Shown here one piece after another: positions 19,717 through 31,773 of a stretch of DNA of 64,000 nucleotides. How positions within the stretch are numbered: position 1 is the first letter of the stretch; the number at the start of each line of letters is the position of its first letter. The translations under genes and the position numbers were made by a program. Source of the stretch: Candidatus Poriferihabitaceae bacterium (lineage in GTDB: Bacteria; Pseudomonadota; Gammaproteobacteria; Arenicellales; Poriferihabitantaceae); contig CBDBQH010000003.1 in NCBI GenBank assembly GCA_965208975.1, forward strand, positions 1,348,792 to 1,412,791, given 5' to 3'. Under the pieces are notes generated by a model that did no database searches, was not told where the DNA came from, and worked only from the letters and a program-made list of their open reading frames with translations.

Positions 19717-20931
19717 ATGAAAAGAGTAGTAATAACCGGCTTTGGTATTGTTTGCAGTCTGGGTAACAATAAAGACGAGGTTAAAAAGGCGCTGATGTCG
19801 GGACAATCCGGTATCGTATATTGCGATGAATACGCCGAACTTGGTATGCGTAGTCAAGTCCATGGCGCCGTCAACATTGACGCGCAATCAATAATAGATC
19901 GCAAACTCTACCGTTTTATGGGAGATGCCGCCGCTTATGGATACATTGCCATGCAGGAGGCGATCACTCATTCCGGGCTGAAAGATGACATGGTCAGCAG
20001 TGAACGGACCGGGTTGTTGCTTGGAACTGGCGGCGCTTCGCCTGAAAATATCGTCAAGGCCGCCGACACACTACGCCAGCGGGGTATCAAACGGGTCGGC
20101 CCCTACATGGTGACCAAAACCATGGCGAGCACGATTCCCGCCTGTGTCGGCACTGCGTTCGGAATCAAGGGGGTCTCCTATTCAATCAGTTCGGCCTGCT
20201 CCACCAGCGCCCATTGCATTGGTCATGGCGCGGAACTGATTCAGCTGGACAAACAGGATGTCGTGTTCGCCGGGGGGGGCGAAGAAGTCCATTGGTCGTT
20301 ATCGGCGCTGTTTGACGGGATGGGCGCTTTATCCGCGAACTACAATGAAACTCCGCAAGAGGCGTCGAGACCTTATGACCGGGACCGGGACGGGTTCGTC
20401 ATTTCGGGCGGGGCTGGTGTGGTCGTGCTTGAAGAACTCGAACACGCCAAAAAAAGGGGAGCGCACATTTATGCCGAACTGGTGGGTTACGGGGCGACTT
20501 CCGATGGTTACGATATGGTGCAGCCTTCGGGTGTGGGCGCGGCCCGGTGTATGAAACAGGCGGTGAGGACGCTGGACCAGCCGGTGCAGTATATCAATGC
20601 CCATGGCACCAGCACGGTGGTCGGGGACATCAGGGAACTGGAAGCGATTGCCGAAGTATTTGGCGACGATTGCCCGCCCATCAGCGCCACCAAGTCGCTG
20701 AGCGGTCACGCGCTGGGCGCCGCCGGGGTAAACGAATCCATTTATACCCTGCTGATGATGGAGCACGGTTTTATCGCCGCTTCCGCCAATATCCGTAATC
20801 CAGACCCGGCTGCAACCGGATTCCCGATCATGGTCGAGACCCGAACCGATATGGACATTGAGGTCGCAATGACCAACAGCTTCGGGTTTGGCGGCACAAA
20901 TTGTTCATTGGTTTTTCAGAGCTGGCGATAG
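19717..20931 (+). CDS. fabB: beta-ketoacyl-ACP synthase I
   Basis: 404 aa. Active-site Cys context [13 protein letters not shown] and C-terminal NSFGFGGTN. Directly downstream of fabA. Confidence 0.93.
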   Translation: MKRVVITGFGIVCSLGNNKDEVKKALMSGQSGIVYCDEYAELGMRSQVHGAVNIDAQSIIDRKLYRFMGDAAAYGYIAMQEAITHSGLKDDMVSSERTGLLLGTGGASPENIVKAADTLRQRGIKRVGPYMVTKTMASTIPACVGTAFGIKGVSYSISSACSTSAHCIGHGAELIQLDKQDVVFAGGGEEVHWSLSALFDGMGALSANYNETPQEASRPYDRDRDGFVISGGAGVVVLEELEHAKKRGAHIYAELVGYGATSDGYDMVQPSGVGAARCMKQAVRTLDQPVQYINAHGTSTVVGDIRELEAIAEVFGDDCPPISATKSLSGHALGAAGVNESIYTLLMMEHGFIAASANIRNPDPAATGFPIMVETRTDMDIEVAMTNSFGFGGTNCSLVFQSWR

Positions 20932-20980
20932 TCCCGGGCCGGCTCGCCTGTGCGCCCGCTCAGATAAGAGTGGCCCTGTC

Positions 20981-23129
<2,149 letters not shown>

Positions 23130-23179
23130 TCAGGTTATTTTATAGAAATCCGTCCGCAACATTCAAGCAATGTCCGGGT

Positions 23180-24559
23180 TCAGTACATATGAGACTCAAC
23201 TTGAGTCTCTTTGCAGGAATCTGATACGGAATTTCCATATTTGTACGATAGTTTCGTAAGCCTCCCTGTCAAGTGGAAAGTTCGCAAGCATCCTGGCTTT
23301 TCCAGGTAGAAAATATCCTGATAAATCGTCTTATTCCAAAATCTGAATCCAGGATTCATCAAATCTGATTGATTCCAGGACGGCCTCTCTATCCAGTTGT
23401 GGCGGTTCCTTGATTTTAATTGCCAGACGCTTTTTGGGGACATCTTCAATAATGGTGAATTGCGCCCGGAAATGAGACGGATTTTTGAGACAGTGGAAGG
23501 TCGGCGATTCTTTGCCGTTTTGGCTCCCCATGCTGTTTGCTGCAAAACAATATCATCAATCACCAGCTTATCGGTTTCCTCTTGAGAAAATGTCGACACC
23601 CAATCTGTGGCTTGTATCAGATTCCTGATGACTGCCTGCGCCACAGGTACAGGAAGACTATTGCCCGCCTGCTTCCTGGTTTGCGAATAGTTACAAACAA
23701 TCCTGGCCTCTTCGGGAAATCCCTGGAGCCGCAGCATTTCCCGCACAGTCAGCCTTCTTTCACCGTTCACCAGAAGGTAGTTGTAAGAAGCGCCCGCGCG
23801 CAATGCACACGAAAACGGATAGGCGCTGATATGTCCGGCCTTGTTCTCATGCCAGATGGTCGGTTCTTTCGTAGGTTTTTGCTTGCTTAGTCTCTTCCGC
23901 CTGATATGACCGGAGGCAAAATATTCTTCGGGAACATCTTTTTCCAGGATTTCACTCAATGGACGCATCGGGATGTTTCCAGCAGGCCAGTTGAAATAGC
24001 GTGGGGAGCGGAAGCCAACAATAAAGACACGTTCCCTTTTCTGTGGCAGACCAAAATCCAGAGCGTTCAATACCTTATAAGTTGTGTAGTATCCCAACTC
24101 GTCCAGAGTTTCCAAAATCCGATTCAGGGTTTGTCCCTTGCTGTGCCCAACCAGCAACTTCACATTTTCCAGCACAAACGCCGCCGGTTTCTTCTCTGCC
24201 AATATGCGCGCTATATCAAAGAACAATGTCCCTCTGGTATCGTCAAAGCCGCGCATATTGCCGATGATACTGAACGGCTGGCATGGGAAACCAGCCAGCA
24301 GAATGTCGTGGTCGGGGATGTCCTGCGCGGCTATCTCCATAATATCGCCGTGTGGGGTTTCGCCAAAGTTCTCTGCGTAGGCTCTCTGGCATTCCTGATC
24401 AATCTCACTGCTGAAGACACACTCGACATCCGCACCAAGATCGGCGCCCGCATTTTGCATGGCATAACGAAACCCGCCAATACCGGCAAACAGGTCGATA
24501 AATCGGACGGTTTTTTTCTTCCCTGTATATCCGGTATTCATGACCGGAATATAGCACAT
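23180..24559 (-). CDS. dcm: DNA (cytosine-5)-methyltransferase with a ~130-aa C-terminal extension of unknown function
   Basis: Motif I DLFAGIGG, IV GFPCQPFS, VI ENV, VIII QKRERVF, IX TVREMLRLQGFP, X GNSLPVPV (about residue 300-310). The ORF then continues ~130 aa with no recognised motif. Confidence 0.9.
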   Translation of the reverse strand: MCYIPVMNTGYTGKKKTVRFIDLFAGIGGFRYAMQNAGADLGADVECVFSSEIDQECQRAYAENFGETPHGDIMEIAAQDIPDHDILLAGFPCQPFSIIGNMRGFDDTRGTLFFDIARILAEKKPAAFVLENVKLLVGHSKGQTLNRILETLDELGYYTTYKVLNALDFGLPQKRERVFIVGFRSPRYFNWPAGNIPMRPLSEILEKDVPEEYFASGHIRRKRLSKQKPTKEPTIWHENKAGHISAYPFSCALRAGASYNYLLVNGERRLTVREMLRLQGFPEEARIVCNYSQTRKQAGNSLPVPVAQAVIRNLIQATDWVSTFSQEETDKLVIDDIVLQQTAWGAKTAKNRRPSTVSKIRLISGRNSPLLKMSPKSVWQLKSRNRHNWIERPSWNQSDLMNPGFRFWNKTIYQDIFYLEKPGCLRTFHLTGRLTKLSYKYGNSVSDSCKETQVESHMY

Positions 24560-24580
24560 TGCTACCCGCGTGTTGCAGTA

Positions 24581-25018
24581 TCATAGGGTTCGGGTTGACC
24601 CAGGCTTCCCAAGGAAAGCCTGGAGACGTTCGGTAGTTATCGCTATATCTCGCAATTCACATTCCCATACTGTAATCACTTCCCAACCATTTTCTTCCAA
24701 CAATGCAATATTGTGTGTATCACGAGCTTGATTTTGCTTCAGTTTGGTCAGCCAATAATCTCGATTGGTAGCAGGAATTCGAACCCGTTCACAGTCGGTA
24801 TGGTAGTGCCAGAAACAGCCGTTTACAAAAACGACTTTGTGACGTGATGGGAATACCAGATCAGGTTTGCCGGGTAGGTCGGTTCGATGCAAGCGATAGC
24901 GATAACCGAGACCATGCAACAGGCATCTTACCCGCATCTCCGGCTTCATACCCTTTGATTTGACCCGCCCCATTATGCGGCTACGGACCTGAGGCGATAC
25001 ATTATCAGCCATAACCAT
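24581..25018 (-). CDS. vsr: very short patch repair endonuclease
   Basis: 145 aa. MKPEMRVRCLLHGLGYRYRLH, LPGKPDLVFPSRHKVVFVNGCFWH. Lies 21 nt upstream of dcm on the same strand. Confidence 0.92.
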   Translation of the reverse strand: MVMADNVSPQVRSRIMGRVKSKGMKPEMRVRCLLHGLGYRYRLHRTDLPGKPDLVFPSRHKVVFVNGCFWHYHTDCERVRIPATNRDYWLTKLKQNQARDTHNIALLEENGWEVITVWECELRDIAITTERLQAFLGKPGSTRTL

Positions 25019-25240
25019 ACTTAACTACTCTTTTCAAACTCTACTGGCGACAACATTCCATTGACCTATGCCGCTTTGCCGGATTATAGAACACTCCGAT
25101 ATCGTTGAAAATGTCTGTCCGGCATTCCTGCAAATGCGGGAATCCAGACCCATGGCAGTATCAAATCTTCGCTTCAATCGGCGCCGCTATTTGGTTACGA
25201 TCACGGTTTTGGATTGATTCTCTATTGAGGGGTGGGTTTA

Positions 25241-26590
25241 ATGAATAAACAATATGATTTTATCGTCATCGGCGGCGGTAGTGGTGGTATTGCTGCGGCG
25301 CGACGGGCCGCGCAATACGGAGCGCGGGTTTTGCTGATCGAATCCGGTCGGCTGGGAGGAACCTGTGTCAATGTCGGCTGTGTGCCCAAGAAAGTCATGT
25401 GGATTACATCCCAGATTCGGGAAACCCTGGAGGTGGCCGGGAGTTACGGATTGGACATCAACGAAAGCGGATTTGACTGGTCCACTATCAAATCCTCCCG
25501 GGATCGCTACATTGAGCGGCTGAATGGCATCTACCAACGCAATCTGGATCAATCCGGAGTGGAGGTCGTGGAGGGAGTCGCCAGGTTTACAGGTGGCGGC
25601 GCCGTTACCGTAGACGGGGAGGATTATTCGGCCCGCCATATTCTGATCGCTACAGGTGGCGGCCCCACTGTTCCTGACATTCCGGGCGCCGGGTACGGCA
25701 TTACCAGTGACGGATTTTTCGAGCTGGAGCGCCAGCCCCGCAAGATACTGGTGATCGGCGCCGGCTATATCGCGACCGAACTGGCCGGATTGATGCACGG
25801 GTTGGGCAGCCGCGTGTCGCTCCTGCTACGCAAGGACAAATTATTGCGAACATTTGACCACGATATACACCAGGCGGTGATGCGGGAGATGGCCGCGTCC
25901 GGCATTGAGATTCTCACCAATGTCTCAATCGGCTCATTGGTCAAAAATTCCGGCAGTCTCGGATATCGCGACTTTGATGGCTCCGGCCAGGACGATTACG
26001 ACTGCATGATCTGGGCGGTTGGCCGCCACCCCAGGGTGGAGGGGCTGGATCTTGATGTTGCCGGAGTCCGGCTGGATTCGCGCGGCTATATCGAAACCGA
26101 TGAATACCAGAACACCACCGCCAGCGGCATTTATGCCGTCGGTGATGTCACTCCCAGGGCACAGTTGACCCCGGTGGCGATTGCGGCGGGGCGCAGACTG
26201 TCCGACCGTCTGTTTGGCAATCAAGCGGATGCGAAGCTTGATTACAGCAATATTCCTACGGTCATTTTTTCGCACCCCCCGGTCGGCACGGTCGGCCTGT
26301 CAGAAGCCAAAGCGGTCGAAAAATACGGCGCCGATACCATCCGGGTCTACAAAAGCGAGTTTGTTGATATGTATTTCGCGGTCACCGAACACAAACCGCG
26401 AACATTAATGAAACTGATTGTGCAAGGCGAGAACGAAAGAGTGGTTGGTTGTCATGTGGTTGGTCGAGGCGCGGATGAAATGATCCAGGGATTCGCGGTG
26501 GCAATCAAAATGGGTGCAACCAAAAAAGATTTCGACAACACGGTCGCCATTCATCCCACCGCGGCGGAAGAGATGGTGACACTTCGGTGA
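25241..26590 (+). CDS. gor: glutathione-disulfide reductase
   Basis: FAD motif [11 protein letters not shown], redox-active [14 protein letters not shown]-terminal HPTAAEE. ATG 25241 preceded by GAGGGG. Confidence 0.93.
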   Translation: MNKQYDFIVIGGGSGGIAAARRAAQYGARVLLIESGRLGGTCVNVGCVPKKVMWITSQIRETLEVAGSYGLDINESGFDWSTIKSSRDRYIERLNGIYQRNLDQSGVEVVEGVARFTGGGAVTVDGEDYSARHILIATGGGPTVPDIPGAGYGITSDGFFELERQPRKILVIGAGYIATELAGLMHGLGSRVSLLLRKDKLLRTFDHDIHQAVMREMAASGIEILTNVSIGSLVKNSGSLGYRDFDGSGQDDYDCMIWAVGRHPRVEGLDLDVAGVRLDSRGYIETDEYQNTTASGIYAVGDVTPRAQLTPVAIAAGRRLSDRLFGNQADAKLDYSNIPTVIFSHPPVGTVGLSEAKAVEKYGADTIRVYKSEFVDMYFAVTEHKPRTLMKLIVQGENERVVGCHVVGRGADEMIQGFAVAIKMGATKKDFDNTVAIHPTAAEEMVTLR

Positions 26591-26855
26591 GTCCGCGCAC
26601 CGGCTCTTGCGGTGGAGGTTGCGCCGTCTTTGGACAAGCGGGTCAAACCAATGCGGGAAGCTGTGGCGTGACATCAGGATTTGCATGCTGGACAGGTTCA
26701 GGGAAAGCGGGTTAGACTTCAAACCCGTTTCCCCGGTATTCCCGAGACTGCTTGAACGCCCGATAGTGGTCCACAAGAGTAAGGCGGTGATTGGCCGGCC
26801 ACCGGAAAACGTATTAACCATTTTGTAGATAACCTGTAACCCGGAGGATATAACT

Positions 26856-27413
26856 GTGGATACTGTCAACTTCGTTCACATGATTGACGGCACCGCCGAA
26901 GAGTATGCTTTTCTTGTCAACCACGAGAAAGAACACGCAAAAACGCTGCCCGACCGATTGATGACGGCGTTGGCTGATCTCGAACACTCCTTTTCCGGCT
27001 ATCAAGTGAGCAGGCTGGAACACTCATTGCAATCCGCCACCCGGGCTCTTGACGCCGGAGAGTCCGAGCAAATGGTGGTGGCTGCCCTGCTGCACGACAT
27101 TGGCGACAACCTCGCGCCCTGCTCCCACAGCGAAATGGCGGCCTCGATACTGCGCCCTTATGTTTCGGAGAGAATCTACTGGATTGTCAAACATCATGGC
27201 CTGTTCCAGACCTGGTACTACGCCCATCATTTCGGCAAGGATCGTAATGTCAGGGAGCGCTTTCGCGAGCATGAATGGTATCAGGACTGTATTGATTTTT
27301 GTGAGAACTACGACCAGAACTGTTTCGACCCGGATTTCAAGTCAAAACCCCTGGAATTTTTCCGACCCATGGTGGAACGGGTATTCGCGGAACCGATGGC
27401 TCATTTTGTCTGA
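26856..27413 (+). CDS. HD-domain protein (possibly MIOX/PhnZ-like HD superfamily)
   Basis: 185 aa. HSLQSATRA...AALLHDIGD HD motif plus a second His cluster IVKHHGLFQ. Function not inferable. Confidence 0.7.
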   Translation: MDTVNFVHMIDGTAEEYAFLVNHEKEHAKTLPDRLMTALADLEHSFSGYQVSRLEHSLQSATRALDAGESEQMVVAALLHDIGDNLAPCSHSEMAASILRPYVSERIYWIVKHHGLFQTWYYAHHFGKDRNVRERFREHEWYQDCIDFCENYDQNCFDPDFKSKPLEFFRPMVERVFAEPMAHFV

Positions 27414-27503
27414 AAAATGAGCCAACACAATATCTGGCTTCAGAACCCCGGATTCCCGGTTGACACCCGGATTCCCGGTTGTGATCCGGATATGCTTGAT
27501 TGT

Positions 27504-27534
27504 CCGGTTTCAGGCTGGAAACCGGCTTTTGTTG
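27504..27534 (+). terminator. rho-independent terminator downstream of the HD-domain gene
   Basis: Perfect 8-bp stem CCGGTTTC/GAAACCGG (27504-27511, 27518-27525), 6-nt loop, then CTTTTGTTG. Confidence 0.6.
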
Positions 27535-27990
27535 CGCCGCCGGTAAAAAACGGCTTCGTGTAATCGCCTGTGTCGCACTTTCAGGGGTTACCCTTGCCGT
27601 TTTTGGGTTGGGTCAATATCCGGCTTTCCAGCCTGCCACGCGCTGGACGCACTGGATGGGATTCCCGGCTATCGTCCTGATCGCGGTGTCCTGATCGCGG
27701 TTGCACAAACAGGCCGCACAGTCTGGCAGTCTTCACCTGTCGCCCCTGTGGCTATGGTTGACGGGTAAACGACGTTACCCGTTGGATTACCGGCCATGAC
27801 CTTCTCGCAAGGGTTTATCCGGTTGCGGTTCCCAGGGCGCGATATTGTTCGCTATCAATCGCGGCCACCGCGCTGGCTACCATCTGATAGCATTTTCGTT
27901 TGAGTTGGCGCCGTCTGGATCAAAAAATGCTATCGCTGTTTCTATTGACCAATCGTGACCCGCTCCGCCTTCAGGAAAACCCGCTATCGT

Positions 27991-28395
27991 TTATTCCTCT
28001 ATCAGGTGCCCGTATCTGTATTCTTCTTTATAAGCCTTGTCGCCTGGCTTTTTGGTTACCCAAATTCCGTTCCTCTTGCCGTCTACATACGGGCCTTCCG
28101 AAACCATGCGGCCAGCCAGGAATGTATCTACCCAATGCCCGTTTTTCTCGCCGTCTACAACCGGCCCTGTTCCAGTTCCGCCGTTTGGTAGGTCGATGGT
28201 CTGCCCCTGGGTCTCTTGCCAGGCTGTTTGTATCAAGGCTTCAATCATCCGTGACCGGGTGACCGGGTGCATCCACGCCAGTTCGTCCAGTTCGTCCCGT
28301 CTGGCCGGATGAAGTCGGATATTGACTTGTGCCCGTTTGTCCGCCGGGTCGGTTACCCGGTCAGACCAGCGCGCATAATGCTTGTGTTTGTTCAT
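27991..28395 (-). CDS. chimeric ribbon-helix-helix protein: RHH N-terminus (repeat-encoded) fused to a MORN-repeat-like C-terminus
   Basis: The N-terminal 68 aa are near-identical to the 40103-40450 product (KRAQVNIRLHPARRDELDELA...TRSRMIEALI, a beta-alpha-alpha RHH pattern). The C-terminal part, GEKNGHWVDTF...YVDGKRNGIWV, resembles MORN/YwqK-type repeats and begins where nucleotide homology ends (28191). Confidence 0.55.
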   Translation of the reverse strand: MNKHKHYARWSDRVTDPADKRAQVNIRLHPARRDELDELAWMHPVTRSRMIEALIQTAWQETQGQTIDLPNGGTGTGPVVDGEKNGHWVDTFLAGRMVSEGPYVDGKRNGIWVTKKPGDKAYKEEYRYGHLIEE

Positions 28396-28877
28396 CGGCT
28401 GATCCGGCTAATGTATAGCCAGTCCGAATTGTGGATTGTGTGAATCAATCCAGTGAAGTCATCAGCCAGCCGGTAGCCAAGCGGATAGCGGAGGTTGTGA
28501 CGGGTATATTAGGCAGTGGGAGCTTGCAGTTGTCGATGGTTGTGGTGCGTCATGGCAAACAACAACCGATGGTATTGGTCAGTACCGAGCGGATACGGGG
28601 TCGTTTGCAAGGGGAGCGATTGATTCAATCGTATATGGGTCGTTGGGCCTGTGAGGAAGGGTATCGGTTCAGCAAGCAGGGGTTTGGATTGGAGAAGGTT
28701 CAAGCCCGGAAACTGGCGACCTTGCAGAATCTGGTTGCACTGGCGACGTTAGCCTGGGGATTGCTGGCCTGTCACCAGAATCAGGGGCAGAAACTCATCT
28801 ACAAGGCGAAACGGCAAAAGAGTCACAAACCCCTGGTTTTCCCGTTCTACACGCTGTTATCGGGCTGGCAGGCGTTA
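28191..28877 (+). repeat. 687-bp direct repeat, copy A
   Basis: Colinear with 40246-40932 at a constant offset of 12055 nt. No indels detected from ORF and junction comparison. Scattered substitutions. Confidence 0.9.
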
Positions 28878-28991
28878 TTTGCGGATGCCAAAACCCTTTT
28901 TTATGACTGGTGGAGAAAACCCAAACGCCCCCCACCCAGACAGGCTGACCTGTTCATCAATAACGGGCGGCTTGCGCCCATCCTCTCATGA
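28431..28991 (+). mobile_element. IS4-family DDE transposase, C-terminal fragment (186 aa)
   Basis: Contains the Y-(2)-R-(3)-E-(6)-K signature (YMGRWACEEGYRFSK). Lacks the N-terminal catalytic D residues and DNA-binding region. GTG start. Confidence 0.65.
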
Positions 28992-29240
28992 AAAAATGGG
29001 GAGACCTTAGTTTATATGCTTGTTGCCCATATCTGATATAATCCGATAATTCAACCACTAACGTTTATGAGTAATAGTTTATGAGTGATAGAAAATCCAG
29101 CCCGGCGAAAAAAACTTCCAAACAATCAGAAAGTAGTGGTAAATTTCCTCGCTCCCAACCAACTAATCCAGCAGATAAGAGACATATAAACAAAACGACC
29201 GATACAATGAGGCCCCCACCGAAACCGAAAAGATAAATCC

Positions 29241-29780
29241 ATGTCCATGTCAAAAAGCCAATTTTCAGATTACTCTGACAGAATGTGGGAGTTACTCTTT
29301 TCAGTGCGTCGATCTTTTCATTACCATGAGCATCGGGAACGGTTTTTCACACTGCTGCATAACATGGTAAATTTAACCTGGATAATCTGTGGAACCCTTG
29401 CCGTGTGGAAATTGATGGAAAGTGACACACAGATATATTTAGTCGCTGTTCCAACTATTGCGTCTGTGATAGACATTATTATTGGTTTTGCTTCTAAAAT
29501 ATCTGTGCACAAGGTTCTGAAACAAAGATACCTGCAATTGGAAACGGAAATTGTCAGTGACCCGGACAATCAGAAATATGTGGATTTTCATCGTAAACGC
29601 AGAGTTATCGAATCGGATGAGCCACCTAAATTACATGCGTTGGATGTGCTTTGCCACAACGAAGTGGTCCGCGCTTCTTACCCCCCTGAGGATGCCAGGG
29701 AACATTTGGCAAAAGTTCCATGGTTGCCCCGATGCTCTGCTCAACTTTTGTCCTGGCCCAAGACAATGAGTTCAATATGA
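29241..29780 (+). CDS. 2-TM membrane protein with SLATT-like architecture
   Basis: 179 aa. Cytoplasmic helix (RRSFHYHEHRERFF), two adjacent TM helices (LTWIICGTLAVW, IYLVAVPTIASVIDIIIGF), then the helix SVHKVLKQRYLQLETEI. The layout resembles SLATT effectors. Family not verified. Confidence 0.5.
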   Translation: MSMSKSQFSDYSDRMWELLFSVRRSFHYHEHRERFFTLLHNMVNLTWIICGTLAVWKLMESDTQIYLVAVPTIASVIDIIIGFASKISVHKVLKQRYLQLETEIVSDPDNQKYVDFHRKRRVIESDEPPKLHALDVLCHNEVVRASYPPEDAREHLAKVPWLPRCSAQLLSWPKTMSSI

Positions 29781-29876
29781 GCGCTTTGGTAAAGGACAGG
29801 CGCTCCCGGCAATAAAGTCTCTCACTGATTCATCCGGCAACCTTGATGGACCTGCTGCATAAGTTCTCACAGAATT

Positions 29877-31727
29877 ATGGATCGAACCCGGAAATATCAT
29901 GAGAGGCTGATCGGATTGCTCAAAACCGATGTGCGCTTCATTGATGATGAAGGGGAGCTGGTCAAGGCGGCAGTGATTGACCGCGCCTGGAAAATGGACC
30001 ACGGCCTGATGAGACTGTTGCTTGGCGATGAAAGAATAAAGACACAGTTCTTTGATGAAATTGAAGGGCATTGGCTTTTCAATACGAACACATTCATTGA
30101 CTACCTCTCCGATAAAAACTTCCTGGCCAATTCATATACCCGATTCCGCAACCGGATTGGTTTGAACATTGACAATAAATTCCTGCGACAGCGGGGCGAA
30201 GTATCCCTGGTTTGGCCATACAAGGATTGCGTACTGGAAGGCGGACAGACCAAAGAGGAGGAAAAACGCAAGGAGATTTTCTTCAATGAAATTCTGGCAC
30301 AGGACGAGATCGACCGATTACTCGACCCGAAAGTAATCACCAACTGGAAACGCTATACGATTGACGGTGATCAGAAAGTTACCGGGATCAGGCGGGATGA
30401 TGCCGGCGTAATCCGGGAAAATCTGATTATCAAGGGCAACAACCTGCTGGCATTACATACACTGAAAAAACAGTTCCGGGGCAAGGTAAAGCTGATTTAT
30501 ATTGATCCTCCATTTAATACAGAACGAGACAGTTTTACCTATAATGACAGTTTTACACATTCAGCATGGCTAACTTTTATACGGAGCCGACTTCTGGTTG
30601 CTTATGATCTTTTAAGGGCCGATGGAAATATTTTTGTACATGTTGACAACAATGAATCTCATTACATGAAGATCGTGCTGGATGAAGTTTTTGGAAGGGA
30701 AAATTTTGTAAATGAAATTATTTGGCACAAAGGAAGAGAAGGGGGTAGTTCGAGGTCACACTCAAAGAGTTCAGCAATGCCAACTGAATATCAGAATATT
30801 TTCATTTTTGCGAAAAACAAGTCATCGAGATTTTGGAACCCACCACTAGGCCCATATAAAAAATCCACTATTGGCCGAATTGAGAAAGATTCAAAAGGCT
30901 GGTTTTATACGAGGGGTCGAATGGGTAGAACACCAGCCGAATGGGAATTGCAAGCAGGATCAGGATTGAAAACATACATTTCTGACAGAGTTGATCTTGA
31001 TAAAGACAGAGTCATAGAAACCCTGACTGCACCCAATGCAAAATATGTAGCCATAGGAGATGTTTGGGGAAGAGAATTAGTAAAAAATTCAAAGGAAGCA
31101 AACTACGACACATCTAAACCAGAAGGATTGCTGAAGATGATCATTGAGGCAGCATCTAATCCGGGTGATTTAGTACTTGATTTCTTTCTTGGGAGTGGGA
31201 CGACTATGGCAGTATGCTTAAAATTGGATAGGAGATGTATAGGTATAGAACAGTTAGAAGGAGGAATAAACGCACTGATTCCGAGACTAAAAAATGTCAT
31301 CGGAAAAAATCTACAACAGAAGGAAAGCTTCCTCGAAGAAATTGAATGCGACACTGGCGGCATCTCCAAATCCGTAAACTGGCAAGGCGGTGGCGATTTT
31401 ATCTACTGTAAGTTGATGCGATACAACGAAGTCTGGATGGATAAAATCCAGGCCGGACGGTCTTCCGAGGAACTTGTAAAACTCTGGAAAGACATTGCTG
31501 AAAACTCCTTCCTGAACTGGTATGTGAACCCTGAAATCCCGGCGGAGGCGCTGACTGATTTTATTGCCATCGGGAAAAAGGAAAACGGGCTGGAGAAGCA
31601 AAAAACATTATTAGCGGAACTGCTGAACAAAAATCAACTCTACGTCAATCTTTCGGAAATAGACGACCAGGATTTTGCCGTCAACGAGGAAGATAAAGCA
31701 TTGAACAGAAAATTCTATGGATACTAA
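29877..31727 (+). CDS. mod: type III restriction-modification methyltransferase (Mod)
   Basis: 616 aa. N-terminal block NSYTRFRNRIGL, motif IV IYIDPPFNT before motif I LVLDFFLGSGTT (beta-class order), and the flanking AWLTFIRSRL...DGNIFVHVD typical of Mod. Confidence 0.9.
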   Translation: MDRTRKYHERLIGLLKTDVRFIDDEGELVKAAVIDRAWKMDHGLMRLLLGDERIKTQFFDEIEGHWLFNTNTFIDYLSDKNFLANSYTRFRNRIGLNIDNKFLRQRGEVSLVWPYKDCVLEGGQTKEEEKRKEIFFNEILAQDEIDRLLDPKVITNWKRYTIDGDQKVTGIRRDDAGVIRENLIIKGNNLLALHTLKKQFRGKVKLIYIDPPFNTERDSFTYNDSFTHSAWLTFIRSRLLVAYDLLRADGNIFVHVDNNESHYMKIVLDEVFGRENFVNEIIWHKGREGGSSRSHSKSSAMPTEYQNIFIFAKNKSSRFWNPPLGPYKKSTIGRIEKDSKGWFYTRGRMGRTPAEWELQAGSGLKTYISDRVDLDKDRVIETLTAPNAKYVAIGDVWGRELVKNSKEANYDTSKPEGLLKMIIEAASNPGDLVLDFFLGSGTTMAVCLKLDRRCIGIEQLEGGINALIPRLKNVIGKNLQQKESFLEEIECDTGGISKSVNWQGGGDFIYCKLMRYNEVWMDKIQAGRSSEELVKLWKDIAENSFLNWYVNPEIPAEALTDFIAIGKKENGLEKQKTLLAELLNKNQLYVNLSEIDDQDFAVNEEDKALNRKFYGY

Positions 31728-31773
31728 ACCGCTAATGACACAGGAATATTCAGCGCATCATCAGGAGTAAATT

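Noticed and set aside
20888-20980. Upstream extension of the COX15/CtaA ORF (track start 20888)
   Set aside because: It overlaps the 3' end of fabB by 44 nt and encodes non-membrane, low-complexity residues. ATG 20981 gives the expected N-terminus (MRRRDRNQVTCWLIV...).
27500-27694. 64-aa plus-strand ORF
   Set aside because: It begins inside the terminator hairpin of the HD gene, has a TTG start codon with no RBS visible upstream, and has no protein-like features.
29065-29253. 62-aa hydrophobic ORF (minus strand) from the track, and the 51-aa basic ORF on the plus strand (29081-29236)
   Set aside because: They are mirror images of the same A/T-rich DNA (Lys AAA versus Phe TTT). The minus ORF needs a TTG start that overlaps the 5' end of the 29241 gene, and the plus ORF has no SD. 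Neither is supported well enough to annotate; they are kept only as a question in the findings.
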